Below, in pieces: positions 22,296-32,725 of a stretch of DNA of 64,000 nt. Position numbers and translations under genes: made by a program. The stretch spans positions 1 through 64,000 of the forward strand of contig JBDRKI010000036.1 in NCBI GenBank assembly GCA_043814095.1, read 5' to 3'. Origin of the DNA: Armatimonadota bacterium (GTDB lineage Bacteria > Vulcanimicrobiota > JACPDS01 > JBDRKI01). Under the pieces are notes generated by a model. It worked only from the letters and a program-made list of their open reading frames with translations, had not been told where the DNA came from and did no database searches. Within the stretch, counting starts at the first letter, position 1. Each line of letters opens with the position of its first letter.

Positions 22296-23114
22296 ATGAA
22301 AATTAGAATCTTAACCATCTGTATATTGCTCTGTCTTATGCCCGGGCTTTTATTGGTCTCGGGATGTAGGAAGAAATCGGCTTCTGTACAGAGCATAACC
22401 CTTGCTGGATCTACTTCGGTACAGTCCTTTGCGGAAGAATGGGCATCTAACTATATGCAGAAAAACCCGGGATGCAGGGTGAATGTACAGGGCGGAGGCT
22501 CAACTGCAGGCGTGCAGGCGGCAATATCCGGCGTTGCGGACATAGGGATGACATCAAGGGATTTAACTGCTGGCGAACAGAAAACTTTACAGAAAAAAGT
22601 GGTTGCTTTTGACGGCATAGCGGTTATCGTTAATCCCGAAAATAAGATTGATAATCTTACAGAGGAACAGATCCAGGAAATATTCTCAGGCAAAGTAACA
22701 GACTGGTCAAAGGCAGGCGTGGGCAAAGGAACAATAAATGTAGTAACCAGGGAAGAAGGTTCGGGTACCAGAGCATCTTTCCAGGATATGATTATGAAGA
22801 AGTACAAGATAAATGCCGCTTCAATGGTGCAGGATTCCAACGGATCCGTAAGGGAGATGGTCTCATCTGATCCTAATGCAATAGGGTATATATCTATGGA
22901 TCTGGTTAATGATAAAGTAAAAGCGGTTAGTATAAACGGCATTGCGCCTACAGTGGAAAATGTAGAGAAAGGTGAGTATGAGACTATCAGACCGTTTTTA
23001 TTTGCATATAAAAAAGATATAAGTCCGGCTGCGCAGGCATTTATAGATTTTGTATCCAGCCCGGAAGGTAAGGCATTGATAAAAGAAGAGGGGTTAATAC
23101 CTCCTTCAAAATAA
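22296..23114 (+). CDS. pstS: phosphate ABC transporter substrate-binding lipoprotein
   Basis: Lipobox (VSGC), AGSTSV, QGGGS, REEGSGTR; ATG at 22296 follows a GGAGG RBS. Confidence 0.93.
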   Translation: MKIRILTICILLCLMPGLLLVSGCRKKSASVQSITLAGSTSVQSFAEEWASNYMQKNPGCRVNVQGGGSTAGVQAAISGVADIGMTSRDLTAGEQKTLQKKVVAFDGIAVIVNPENKIDNLTEEQIQEIFSGKVTDWSKAGVGKGTINVVTREEGSGTRASFQDMIMKKYKINAASMVQDSNGSVREMVSSDPNAIGYISMDLVNDKVKAVSINGIAPTVENVEKGEYETIRPFLFAYKKDISPAAQAFIDFVSSPEGKALIKEEGLIPPSK

Positions 23115-23157
23115 TATTATTGTTTGCAAGGATTTTTTAGCAGTAGATTGGTATTAA

Positions 23158-24030
23158 ATGAAATTTATAAGTAAATTTTTTGATCAGGAAAAAACAGCGT
23201 ATTACATATTTACGGTTATTGCTCTTACAACAATAGCGGCGCTTTTTCTTATTGCTTTTTTCATCATGAAAGAAGGCGTCCCGTTAATAGCAAAAGAAGG
23301 TCTTTTCAAATTTATATTCGGCAGGCTGTGGGAACCCTCAAGCGGTGTTTACGGCATTTATGCCATGATTATAGGTTCTATATGGATTACCATAGGAGCC
23401 ATGGTAATAGGGATTCCGCTCGGGCTTGCATGCGCGATTGTTCTTGCTGAATTTGCCTCATATAAGGCGGCGATGGTTATTAAGCCTGCGCTTGAGCTTC
23501 TTGCAGGAATACCTTCTGTTGTTTACGGTTTTATAGGGATGGTTGTGCTTGCCCCTATAATAAGGAAATATCTGGGGGGACCCGGCTTTTCGGTTCTTAC
23601 TGCTTCAATTGTTCTGGGGATAATGATTCTTCCTACAATTATAAGTATATCAATTGATTCTTTAAAAGCCGTGCCTTCAAGCTACCGTGAGGGTTCATAT
23701 GCGCTTGGTGCCACAAAATGGCAGACAACCTGGATGGTTGTTCTTCCTGCGGCAGGTTCCGGTATAATTGCCAGTATTATATTAGGCATGGGTAGGGCGG
23801 TAGGCGAGACAATGGCCGTTATAATGGTTGCCGGTAATTCAATAAAAGTGCCTCACAGTATACTTGATCCGGTAAGAACCCTTACAAGCAACATTGCGCT
23901 TGAGATGGGTTATGCGACAGGTGATCACCAGAAGGCCCTTTTTGCAACCGGTGTTATCTTGTTTGTGATGATAATGGTTTTAAATATTATTGCCAATGTA
24001 GCATTAAAAAGGAAGTTATCGAAAAAATGA
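23158..24030 (+). CDS. pstC: phosphate ABC transporter permease PstC
   Basis: ELLAGIPSVVYG, GRAVGETMAV. Confidence 0.95.
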   Translation: MKFISKFFDQEKTAYYIFTVIALTTIAALFLIAFFIMKEGVPLIAKEGLFKFIFGRLWEPSSGVYGIYAMIIGSIWITIGAMVIGIPLGLACAIVLAEFASYKAAMVIKPALELLAGIPSVVYGFIGMVVLAPIIRKYLGGPGFSVLTASIVLGIMILPTIISISIDSLKAVPSSYREGSYALGATKWQTTWMVVLPAAGSGIIASIILGMGRAVGETMAVIMVAGNSIKVPHSILDPVRTLTSNIALEMGYATGDHQKALFATGVILFVMIMVLNIIANVALKRKLSKK

Positions 24031-24863
24031 GAGTTAATCCTAAAAAAATGCAGAAATTTATTCAGATCCCTCTCTGGGGTTTTACGGTATTTTGTCTTGC
24101 GGTACTTTTTTTTATAATTGTCTATGTCTTAAAAAACGGTCTACCTGTTATATCCTGGGAGTTTTTATTCTCAGTTCCTAAAAACATGGGAAAATCAGGC
24201 GGCATACTTCCTATGGTTCTCGGGACCATATATGTAACCGTTGTAGCTGTTTTAATTGCGACTCCTCTGGGTGTAGGTACAGCCGTATACCTTACTGAGT
24301 ATACAAGAGAAAATAAGCTTACGGCATTTATCCGCTTTACCACAGAATGTCTTGCTGGTATACCTTCGATAATATTCGGCTTGTTCGGGTTTATACTTTT
24401 TGTGATTTATTTTAACTGGGGCTGGTCTATACTTTCAGGCGGCCTTACTTTAGCTATAATGATTCTTCCTACGGTTATAAGGACCTCAGAAGAAGCGATA
24501 CGTTCAGTTCCCTTTAAATTAAGGGAAGTAAGTTTTTCGCTGGGCGCAAACAGATGGAGTACAGTCTCAAAAGTTGTTATACCATCTGCTCTTCCGGGCA
24601 TTTTAACCGGCATAATTCTGGGGGTGGGCAGGAGCATAAGCGAGACTGCCGCGGTAATATTTACCGCAGGCTCGTCATTGTTGATACCTACATCTATATT
24701 CAGTCCTGCCCGTACAATGTCTGTTCATTTTTATATTCTTGCGCGAGAAGGTATATCAATGAAAATGGCTTATGGAACTGCAGCCGTCCTTATAATAGCC
24801 ATACTTATTATTAATTTTGTTTCTTACTGGATAATGCATAAATATTTATCAAGGCTTTCTTAA
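24027..24863 (+). CDS. pstA: phosphate ABC transporter permease PstA
   Basis: LAGIPSIIFGLFG, ILPTVIRTSEEA, GRSISETAA. Confidence 0.95.
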   Translation: MRVNPKKMQKFIQIPLWGFTVFCLAVLFFIIVYVLKNGLPVISWEFLFSVPKNMGKSGGILPMVLGTIYVTVVAVLIATPLGVGTAVYLTEYTRENKLTAFIRFTTECLAGIPSIIFGLFGFILFVIYFNWGWSILSGGLTLAIMILPTVIRTSEEAIRSVPFKLREVSFSLGANRWSTVSKVVIPSALPGILTGIILGVGRSISETAAVIFTAGSSLLIPTSIFSPARTMSVHFYILAREGISMKMAYGTAAVLIIAILIINFVSYWIMHKYLSRLS

Positions 24864-24890
24864 AAATTAATGATTAAAAGGAGATGAGTT

Positions 24891-25649
24891 TTGTCCGATA
24901 TAAAATTAAAAGTTGAAAAATTAAGTTTTTCCTACGGCAGCAATAAAGTCCTGGATGATATAAGTCTTGATATTAAAAATAGGGAAATATTAAGCATAAT
25001 AGGGCCGGCCGGTAGCGGTAAGACAACTTTCTTAAGGTCTCTTAACAGGCTAAATGATCTTTTTCCGAATACCAAGGCTGTGGGCCGCGTTCTGCTTAAC
25101 GATAAAGAAGTTTATTCTCCCTGCATGGATTTATTTGATTTAAGAAGAAGGGTCGGGATGGTTTTTGCGGTCCCTGTTCCCCTTATTAATACAATATATG
25201 AGAATATAGCTTACGGTCCTAAACTTATCGGGATAAAAAATAAGAAAAAGCTCGATGAGATTGTAGAAGACAGCCTGCGCCGTGCCGCGCTCTGGGATGA
25301 GGTAAAAGACAGGTTAAAAACTTCAGCGCTGCGGCTTTCGGGCGGCCAGCAGCAGAGATTGTGCATCGCGAGAACGCTTGCTCTTGATCCTGAAGTTATG
25401 ATGCTTGATGAGCCCTGCTCGGGATTAGATCCCATATCCACAATGAAGATAGAAGAAAACTTGCAGCAGCTTAAAGAAAAAATTACGGTTATACTTGTAA
25501 CAAACAACAATAAACAGGCTGCCCGCGCATCGGACAGGTGCGCTTTCTTTTTGATGGGTAAATTAATAGAGGTCGGCGCCACAAAGGATTTATTTGTAAG
25601 TCCTGCGGAAAAGCAGACAAATGATTATATAACCGGAAAGTTCGGATAA
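24891..25649 (+). CDS. pstB: phosphate ABC transporter ATP-binding protein (copy 1; Q-loop and H-loop degenerate)
   Basis: [32 protein letters not shown] start. Confidence 0.93.
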   Translation: MSDIKLKVEKLSFSYGSNKVLDDISLDIKNREILSIIGPAGSGKTTFLRSLNRLNDLFPNTKAVGRVLLNDKEVYSPCMDLFDLRRRVGMVFAVPVPLINTIYENIAYGPKLIGIKNKKKLDEIVEDSLRRAALWDEVKDRLKTSALRLSGGQQQRLCIARTLALDPEVMMLDEPCSGLDPISTMKIEENLQQLKEKITVILVTNNNKQAARASDRCAFFLMGKLIEVGATKDLFVSPAEKQTNDYITGKFG

Positions 25650-25662
25650 CAGGAGGCGGTTT

Positions 25663-26421
25663 TTGGATAAGGCTGTTATTAAAACAAAAAATCTTTCGCT
25701 TTACTACGGCAGCTTTAAAGCGCTTGATAATATAAATCTTGATATTCTTCCCAATAAGGTTACCGCCCTTATAGGACCTTCGGGATGCGGCAAATCAACT
25801 TTTTTAAGGTCGTTAAACCGCATGAATGATTTAATTGACGGCGTAAAAACAGAGGGAGAAGTCCTTTACAGTAATCAAAACATTTATAATAAGTGTGTGG
25901 ATATTACATCTCTAAGGAAAGATATAGGTATGGTTTTTCAAAGACCGAACCCGTTTCCGTCATCAGTATATGATAATGTGATTTACGGACCTAAAGTTCA
26001 CGGCATAAACAACAAAGAAAAACAGGATGTAATTGTTCGGGAATCCCTGGAATCAGTGGGTCTGTGGAAAGAATTAAAGGACTGTTTGTTTGAATCTGCT
26101 CTAAGTCTTCCTCCGTACCAGCAGCAGACACTATGTATTGCAAGGCTTCTTGCTGTTAAGCCTGAGGTTCTTTTAATGGATGAGCCATGTTCCGCGCTTG
26201 ATCCTATAGCAACAGCCAAAGTAGAGGAATTGATACATGAGTTGAAAAAGAATTATACTGTAGTTATAGTTACCCATAATATGCAGCAGGCGGCAAGGAT
26301 ATCCGACCGCACGGGCTATTTCCTGCTGGGGAAACTTATAGAGTTTGATGATACACAGAAAATATTTACAAATCCTGCCCAAAAAGAAACTGAAGATTAT
26401 ATCTCCGGGAAATACGGTTAA
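25663..26421 (+). CDS. pstB: phosphate ABC transporter ATP-binding protein (copy 2; signature motif degenerate)
   Basis: [34 protein letters not shown]; signature region reads LPPYQQQ. Confidence 0.93.
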   Translation: MDKAVIKTKNLSLYYGSFKALDNINLDILPNKVTALIGPSGCGKSTFLRSLNRMNDLIDGVKTEGEVLYSNQNIYNKCVDITSLRKDIGMVFQRPNPFPSSVYDNVIYGPKVHGINNKEKQDVIVRESLESVGLWKELKDCLFESALSLPPYQQQTLCIARLLAVKPEVLLMDEPCSALDPIATAKVEELIHELKKNYTVVIVTHNMQQAARISDRTGYFLLGKLIEFDDTQKIFTNPAQKETEDYISGKYG

Positions 26422-26436
26422 AGAAAGAGGCTATTT

Positions 26437-27129
26437 ATGGAAAGACATCTTGATGAAGAGATAAGAAATCTGCATAAAGGAATTCTTAAAATGGGCGCAT
26501 CTGTTGAAGATATTATATCAAAGGCGATTGAATCCATTAAGATGCGCAACCAGGAATTTTCTAAAAGCATTATAGATTCAGATGACGAGATTGATACGGC
26601 AGAAGTAAAGCTTGAGGAAGAATGCATAAGACTGCTTGCTCTTTACCAGCCGGTGGCAGAAGATCTCCGCTATATAATTGCTGTCACAAAAATTGTAAAC
26701 GATTTAGAAAGAATGGCCGATATAGCGGTTAATATTACCGAATGTTCTATTGAGATGGCGAACGAGCCGTTATTAAAGCCGTTAATTGATATTCCAAAAA
26801 TGGCTGAGCTTGCAAAATCCATGCTGAAAAATGCCCTTAATTCATTTATTAGCAGGGATCTGTCTTTAGCCAAAATGATATGGATTCAGGAAGAAGAAGC
26901 TGATAGGTTAAGGGATCTGGTTTTTGAAGAATTAATAGGGTTTATAGAAAAAGACGGTAAATGTGTTAACAAAGCACTGCCCCTTCTTCTTATAGCGCGC
27001 CATCTTGAACGAATATGTGATTTATGTACAAATATATCAGAAGATGTTGTTTATATAATTACGGGCAAAACAATTAAGCACCAATCCGATATTATTAGAA
27101 AGCTGAATAATAATAAAACCGTAAACTAA
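26437..27129 (+). CDS. phoU: phosphate signalling protein PhoU
   Basis: QPVAEDLR, DLERMAD, HLERICD repeats. Confidence 0.95.
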   Translation: MERHLDEEIRNLHKGILKMGASVEDIISKAIESIKMRNQEFSKSIIDSDDEIDTAEVKLEEECIRLLALYQPVAEDLRYIIAVTKIVNDLERMADIAVNITECSIEMANEPLLKPLIDIPKMAELAKSMLKNALNSFISRDLSLAKMIWIQEEEADRLRDLVFEELIGFIEKDGKCVNKALPLLLIARHLERICDLCTNISEDVVYIITGKTIKHQSDIIRKLNNNKTVN

Positions 27130-27578
27130 CGATTATAGTTTTTAGGCGGGTTAACGGGTATCTCTTTGGTATTATTATTTTCGTTGCTTTCCTGTGTTTT
27201 GTCTTTCTCATCGGCGATGGCTTTAAGTTTAGTTGCATTAAGCAGAATCTGGTTCTGTCCGGGGTTTGTTATTGTCATGAGAGAGTTATGTTCAGCGCCG
27301 GGAGCCAGAGGTCCCTTAATTTCACCTCCGAAATAGCCCCAGTTATTGTTAACCATGGCTTCAAGCTTAAGGAAGTATTCGTTGCCGGGCGCGTCCCCTA
27401 TATTTTTAACGGTGACTTTAATTTTTAACGGGTTCCAGTTAATGATCTCCAGGTTTGTTACTGTTAAGTCCGGTTTAGGTCTGGTAACTGTTCTGGCATT
27501 TACTGTTGCTGTTATAGAAGTTGTAATAAAAATAAAAAGAAGAATTAATACCAAAAATTTCAGGTTGTTATTTTTCAT
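27126..27578 (-). CDS. secreted CARDB (Ig-like) domain protein
   Basis: Signal peptide; PDLTV...VTVKNIG...AD...ESNENNN pattern of CARDB. Confidence 0.8.
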   Translation of the reverse strand: MKNNNLKFLVLILLFIFITTSITATVNARTVTRPKPDLTVTNLEIINWNPLKIKVTVKNIGDAPGNEYFLKLEAMVNNNWGYFGGEIKGPLAPGAEHNSLMTITNPGQNQILLNATKLKAIADEKDKTQESNENNNTKEIPVNPPKNYNR

Positions 27579-27614
27579 AGCGCCCTCCATTAAGTAAAAA
27601 TTATAGTGATATAT

Positions 27615-29780
27615 TTATAAACAATAATATGCTTTATTTAATTTATCCAGGGAAACTGAAAAGATCTTCTCTTTTCCATGGTTAAGTGTTAAATCTTTAT
27701 CTGTTACTTCCCCCAAAATTTGATAGGTGTTAAATTTTTCTTTTGAGGCTAACTTCTTGAATTTATCAAAATTTTCTTTTGATAAAGATACTACTATTCT
27801 TGACTGACTTTCTCCGAATAATAGTTCCGGGCTTATCTTGTCTAAATTTATGTCTGCACCGAGATTGCCTGTTATACAGCTCTCTGCTATGGATATAAGG
27901 AGGCCGCCTTCAGAACAGTCATGGGCAGAAGAGAATAATTCATTCTGTATCGCCTTAAGGCATACAGAATGTACTTTCTTTTCTTCATTAATATTAAATT
28001 TAGGTAGAGGTCCTTTCTCTGCACGATAAAGATGCTTTAGGTATTCGCTTCCGCCTAAAGAATCGCAGTGTTTTCCCAGCAGCATTATAATATCATCTTT
28101 GTTTTTAAAGCTCATTGAACAGGTTTTTGATATATCTTCTATTAATCCCAGCATTCCTATTGTTGGTGTAGGGTGTATAGGCCCCTTATGGCTTTCATTG
28201 TAAAAAGATACATTACCTGATACTACGGCAATTTTAAGTTCTTTACATGATTCTGCTATCCCCTCAACACATTTTTTAAACTGCCAGAACCTGTCCGGTT
28301 TCTCGGGGTTTGCGAAATTAAGACAATCTGTAACGGCTGCTGGATCTGCTCCTACACATACCAGATTTCTTGCCGCTTCACATACCGCGATCTGTGCGCC
28401 AATATACGGGTCAAGATAACAGTATGTGCTGTTGCAGTCAGATGTTAAGGCGATAGCCTTGTTTGTTCCTTTTATCCTTACTAGGGCGGCATCTCCCATC
28501 CCCGGCCTTATTATGGTATTATCCTGCACCATATGATCGTACTGGGTAAATATCCATCTTTTGCTTGCTATAATAGGTGATGATAAAAGTTTTAAAAGGG
28601 CGTCTTTATGATCTATCTTCTTTTTTATTTTCCCGTTCTTTTTATTTATTTTATCCAGATAGGCCGGTTTCTTTGAAGGCATAATGTATAAAGGAGCTGC
28701 TGTTATTTTTTTTGCGGGTACTTCCGCTACAATTTCCCCCTTATTTTTTAAGATGACGATATCGCCGGGCGTGGTATACCCTATAACCGAAGCTTCTAAG
28801 TTCCACTTGTGGAATATATCAAGTATTTTTTTCTCTTTTCCTTTTTTAACAACGGCAAGCATCCTTTCCTGTGACTCGCTCATCATTATCTCATAAGGCT
28901 CCATTGGTTCTCTTAAGGGAACATCTGCAAGCTCAACAACCATACCTACATTATTTGCCTCAGAGAGTTCTGTTGTTGTGCACGTAAGCCCGGCTGCCCC
29001 CATATCCTTATATGCCATTATATATCCGGTTTCAAGAGCTTCTTTGGTTGCTTCAATTAAACATTTGCCTGCAAACGGGTCTCCTACCTGTACTGACGGT
29101 CTCTTTTCTTCTTTGTCTTTGAATTCGGCTGATGCAAGTATACTGCACCCGCCTATACCGTCTTTTCCTGTTCTTGCTCCGAGAAAAAGAACGGGGTTTC
29201 CCGGTTTTGCCCCGCTTTTGGCAAGGTCTTTTTCTTTTGCAATACCCGCGCACATTACATTTACAAGGCAGTTGCCTTCATAAGAAGGATGGAAATATAC
29301 TTCCCCTCCCACGGTAGGAACACCGATACAGTTCCCGTAAAAAGATATACCGCTTACAACACCGCTTAAAAGGTATTTATTTTTATGGGTGTTAGGCATA
29401 CCGAACCGGAGTGAGTTAAGAAGAGCGATAGGTTTTGCCCCCATGGATATAATATCCCTTATTATCCCGCCTATGCCTGTAGCCGCACCCTGGAATGGTT
29501 CTATCTGTGATGGGTGGTTATGACTCTCCATCTTAAATACAATAGCAAGGTCGCCGAATTTTATCCCGCCTGCATCTGTCCCGAATAATGTAGGGTATTT
29601 ACCTTTTTTAGGGAGGAGTTTAAGAAGGGCGCGTGATCTGGGATACCCGCAGTGTTCGGACCATTCAACAGAGAACATCGCGAGCTCGGTAGGAGTGGGC
29701 GTTCTTCCGAGAATCTTTAAAATATTCTTGTATTCGGCTGTTTTTAATCCCAATGATTTATACATCTGTTTTGCTTTCAT
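27615..29780 (-). CDS. purL: FGAM synthase subunit PurL
   Basis: WSEHCGY, KMESHNHPS, DMGAAGL, SESQERM, VSGNVSFYNE. Probable start is the ATG at 29780 after GGGGGTG, not 29963. Confidence 0.96.
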   Translation of the reverse strand: MKAKQMYKSLGLKTAEYKNILKILGRTPTPTELAMFSVEWSEHCGYPRSRALLKLLPKKGKYPTLFGTDAGGIKFGDLAIVFKMESHNHPSQIEPFQGAATGIGGIIRDIISMGAKPIALLNSLRFGMPNTHKNKYLLSGVVSGISFYGNCIGVPTVGGEVYFHPSYEGNCLVNVMCAGIAKEKDLAKSGAKPGNPVLFLGARTGKDGIGGCSILASAEFKDKEEKRPSVQVGDPFAGKCLIEATKEALETGYIMAYKDMGAAGLTCTTTELSEANNVGMVVELADVPLREPMEPYEIMMSESQERMLAVVKKGKEKKILDIFHKWNLEASVIGYTTPGDIVILKNKGEIVAEVPAKKITAAPLYIMPSKKPAYLDKINKKNGKIKKKIDHKDALLKLLSSPIIASKRWIFTQYDHMVQDNTIIRPGMGDAALVRIKGTNKAIALTSDCNSTYCYLDPYIGAQIAVCEAARNLVCVGADPAAVTDCLNFANPEKPDRFWQFKKCVEGIAESCKELKIAVVSGNVSFYNESHKGPIHPTPTIGMLGLIEDISKTCSMSFKNKDDIIMLLGKHCDSLGGSEYLKHLYRAEKGPLPKFNINEEKKVHSVCLKAIQNELFSSAHDCSEGGLLISIAESCITGNLGADINLDKISPELLFGESQSRIVVSLSKENFDKFKKLASKEKFNTYQILGEVTDKDLTLNHGKEKIFSVSLDKLNKAYYCL

Positions 29781-30077
29781 CCACACCCCCGCGGATTTTC
29801 TTTGAACAATTGTAAGTTTTCTTAAACCGTTTTTTTTTACCTTCTTTGCATAAAAAATCATTATTTTAAACAACTTTTGCCAATATAGTATTATTATAGT
29901 TATATTTGCATAATTTTGGCTTGACAATTTTCCACAGCCCTGAAGAATGAAAATTTTTCTCACCCTTAATATCCCTGCATATTGCCTTTAAAGCAAGTGA
30001 ATGTGCAGGGATTCGACTTTTCAAAAGAACACCATTAAAAAAGTTTAAAAAATAATTTTCTCAAGAGCGTTTTTTGC

Positions 30078-30118
30078 TTGATTTCTTAACTTTAATATTG
30101 TATAATACAAGTTAAGAC
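30078..30118 (+). promoter_or_regulatory. IS promoter with overlapping inverted repeat
   Basis: TTGATT (30078)-17 bp-TATAAT (30101); TCTTAACTT...AAGTTAAGA inverted repeat flanks the -10. Confidence 0.65.
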
Positions 30119-30139
30119 AAATATGGGAGGCAATACATT

Positions 30140-30499
30140 ATGGATTTATCTAAAATCAGAAAACAAATTTCAACGGATATTTCTAAACGGACTAAATTAG
30201 AGAAAGAACTTTTAAACTCTTATTACAGAATAGAAATGGGGTCGCTTATTAAAAGATATGTCCTTTGCGGAAAGCCGGGATGTAAATGCGCCAAAGGGGC
30301 CAAACATGGTCCGTTTCTTTACTTGTATAAAGCGGTTAACGGCAAAAACATCCGCAGTTATATAAATAAAAAGGATATTAAGCTAATAAAAGCGCTTGAA
30401 CGTTATAAAGTATTCCAACAAAAACTGGCCGAAGTCAGGATATTAAATAAAGGAATAAATGAGTTATTTAACGATTTAAGAGATGGATTGTCGAAGTGA
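30140..30499 (+). CDS. DUF6788-like small basic protein (IS accessory)
   Basis: GSLxxRYxxCGKPGCKCxxGxKHGPxxYL motif; overlaps the transposase start (GTGA). Confidence 0.8.
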   Translation: MDLSKIRKQISTDISKRTKLEKELLNSYYRIEMGSLIKRYVLCGKPGCKCAKGAKHGPFLYLYKAVNGKNIRSYINKKDIKLIKALERYKVFQQKLAEVRILNKGINELFNDLRDGLSK

Positions 30500-31803
30500 C
30501 AGAAACGATAAAAATACTTTTTAAAACCGTTAGGCATTTTTTCCCGTCATTTTCGAGATGGCTTAAAGATATACCGGACTTTCGCGATAAGGCTAAAAGC
30601 GATTATAGTTTATTGCAATTATTTTGGGTGGGCATTTTCTTGTTTTTGTTTAAATTTAAAGCGCGGAGAAACATTAAATTTATGTTAAATTCGGCGGAAT
30701 TTATGAAAAATTTAAATCTATTGGCAACGCCTCTAAAATGTTTGGATAAGGTTCCTCATGGCGATACATTGAATTATTTATTGAAAGGGATTCCATCGAA
30801 ATATATCGCCACATTGAGAACGGAAATGGTTAGAACTTTAATCAGGAAAAAATGTTTTGTAAATGACCGGCTTGGCGGCAGATATTATTTGATTGTTATT
30901 GACGGCACATGGATGCTGAATTTTAATAAAAGACATTGCAAAGGGTGTTTAAAACGCGCCATAAATGAAGATAAATATATTTATTATCATCCGGTTCTTG
31001 AGGCTAAATTAATTACGGTTAACGGCATGGCCGTATCAATTGCCACTGAATTTATTGAAAATGCCGGATCATCTTCTAAACAGGATTGCGAATTAAAGGC
31101 ATTTTACAGGCTGGCCAAAAGACTTAAAGCCGATTTTCCTCAAATGAAAATTTGTATAGCCGCAGACGCTTTGTATGCGGCTAAACCGGTTTTTGATATT
31201 TGCGAGAAATATCATTGGAAATATATTATTACTTTTAAAGAAGGCAGCATGCCGGCAACTTATGCGGAATTTGAGAATTTAAAAGAGATTGAGCCGGGAA
31301 ATAAGGAAAATTTTACAACCGCAAAAACAGTTCAAAATTATCAATGGATAACAGAAATTAATTATGAGGGGCATTCGCTTGATATTTTAGAATGTGTCGA
31401 AGCAAATAGAAAAAACAACAAGGCGACAAAATTTGTTTGGCTGACTAATTTACCCATTAAATCTGCTAATATTTTACAAATCGCACAAGGAGGAAGAGCA
31501 AGATGGAAAATTGAGAATGAAGGCTTTAACATGCAAAAAAACGGAGGATATGGACTGGAACACGCCTACAGTCTAAATACTGAGGCGATGAAAAATTTTT
31601 ACTTTCTTCTCCAAATAGCGCATATTATCAGCCAGCTAATGGAGAAAGGGAACTTGTTAAAAGATTCCCTGCTAAAAACCTATGGAAGCATTAAAAACTT
31701 TTCTTTGGCGCTCTGGAGGGCATTTGTTTCCAAATCTCTCAATCCTGATGAGATCGACGAGTTGCTAAATACCCGTATCCAGATTAGATTCAATACTTCT
31801 TAA
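30496..31803 (+). CDS. DDE transposase
   Basis: IVIDGT, KQDCELKAFYRL, AADALYA, RARWKIENEGFN. Confidence 0.88.
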   Translation: MTETIKILFKTVRHFFPSFSRWLKDIPDFRDKAKSDYSLLQLFWVGIFLFLFKFKARRNIKFMLNSAEFMKNLNLLATPLKCLDKVPHGDTLNYLLKGIPSKYIATLRTEMVRTLIRKKCFVNDRLGGRYYLIVIDGTWMLNFNKRHCKGCLKRAINEDKYIYYHPVLEAKLITVNGMAVSIATEFIENAGSSSKQDCELKAFYRLAKRLKADFPQMKICIAADALYAAKPVFDICEKYHWKYIITFKEGSMPATYAEFENLKEIEPGNKENFTTAKTVQNYQWITEINYEGHSLDILECVEANRKNNKATKFVWLTNLPIKSANILQIAQGGRARWKIENEGFNMQKNGGYGLEHAYSLNTEAMKNFYFLLQIAHIISQLMEKGNLLKDSLLKTYGSIKNFSLALWRAFVSKSLNPDEIDELLNTRIQIRFNTS

Positions 31804-31976
31804 ATAAAAATTTTTGTTCCAGTCCTTCCTCCGCCGTCTTTAATAACTATTCTACAATATGGGGCCATATTTCCTTTTGTGTTGCTCTTTTAACCAATAA
31901 ACTTTTTACCCAATACGATAAAAATGTCATTTATGGACACCTTTATTCTTCATCCCTGGGATGGGTTAAACAACTA

Positions 31977-32005
31977 TTGACCTTTTTAAAAAATTGAATT
32001 ATAAT
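31977..32005 (+). promoter_or_regulatory. sigma70-type promoter of the tRNA pair
   Basis: TTGACC-17 bp-TATAAT, 14 bp upstream of tRNA-Ile. Confidence 0.8.
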
Positions 32006-32019
32006 TTGACTTTGTTAAC

Positions 32020-32096
<77 letters not shown>

Positions 32097-32106
32097 TAAA
32101 CACAGT

Positions 32107-32182
32107 GGGGCTGTAGCTCAGCTGGGAGAGCGCCTCCCTTGCACGGAGGAGGTCGTCGGTTCGATCCCGTCCAGCTCCACCA
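32107..32182 (+). tRNA. tRNA-Ala(TGC)
   Basis: GGGGCTG acceptor stem with G3:U70, TTGCA anticodon loop, GGTTCGATC, encoded CCA. Confidence 0.97.
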
Positions 32183-32189
32183 TAATCTA

Positions 32190-32218
32190 TAAAAACCACC
32201 TTTTTGGTGGATTTTTTA
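32190..32218 (+). terminator. terminator after the tRNA pair (CCACC/GGTGG family)
   Basis: AAAAACCACC-TTTTT-GGTGGATTTTTT. Confidence 0.75.
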
Positions 32219-32302
32219 TTATATGCAAGGGAATCGGGTTGAAGATAGGGAATTTTAAGGGTAGAATATAGTAATTAGGAATTATAATTGCAGGAGGCGG
32301 AT

Positions 32303-32725
32303 ATGGCTCTGGATTTGAGTAGTTTGCAAAAAGCAATAAACGCACTGGATGACTCCATAAATTCTTATATGTCAAATCAAGATAACGAGTCTTTATCAGA
32401 TAAAGACATGAATACTTTAAAAGCGGGCGTTATTCAAAACTTTGAGGTAGCATATGAATTATGCTGGAAATTTATAAAGCGATGAGTAGAAGAACAGGTT
32501 TCTTCAGAAATCGTTGACGGCGTGCCGCGTATAGAGTTATTCCGCGTGGGTGCTGAGAATCTGCTTATAAATGATGTGGATAAATGGATGAGTTATCATA
32601 GGGCAAGAAATGTAACTTCACATACTTATAATCAACAAGACGCGGATGAGGCATTTAAAGCCGCCAAAACATTTATTGTTGAGGCAAAAGAATTATTAAA
32701 AACATTAGAGGCGAAAAATGATTAA
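32303..32725 (+). pseudogene. HI0074-family HEPN (nucleotidyltransferase substrate-binding) gene with in-frame TGA
   Basis: ORFs 32288-32485 and 32522-32725 share one frame. GVIQNFEVAYELCWKFIKR*VEEQVSSEIVDGVPRIELFR...RNVTSHTY is continuous across a single TGA at 32483-32485. Confidence 0.85.

Larger units (their letters stand above)
29935..31958 (+). mobile_element. insertion sequence with accessory ORF plus DDE transposase (ISAs1/ISNCY-like)
   Basis: Imperfect terminal IRs CAGCCCTGAAGAAT (29935-29948) and the reverse complement CAGGGATGAAGAAT (31945-31958) enclose two coupled ORFs. No target duplication seen. Confidence 0.7.

Noticed and set aside
29781-29963. 61-aa N-terminal extension of PurL in the ORF track
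   Set aside because: Not PurL-like, runs into the IS left end, and a good RBS precedes the ATG at 29780
32483-32485. TGA recoding (genetic code 4/25 or selenocysteine)
   Set aside because: TGA terminates several conserved genes here, the position is not a Cys site, and no SECIS-like hairpin is evident
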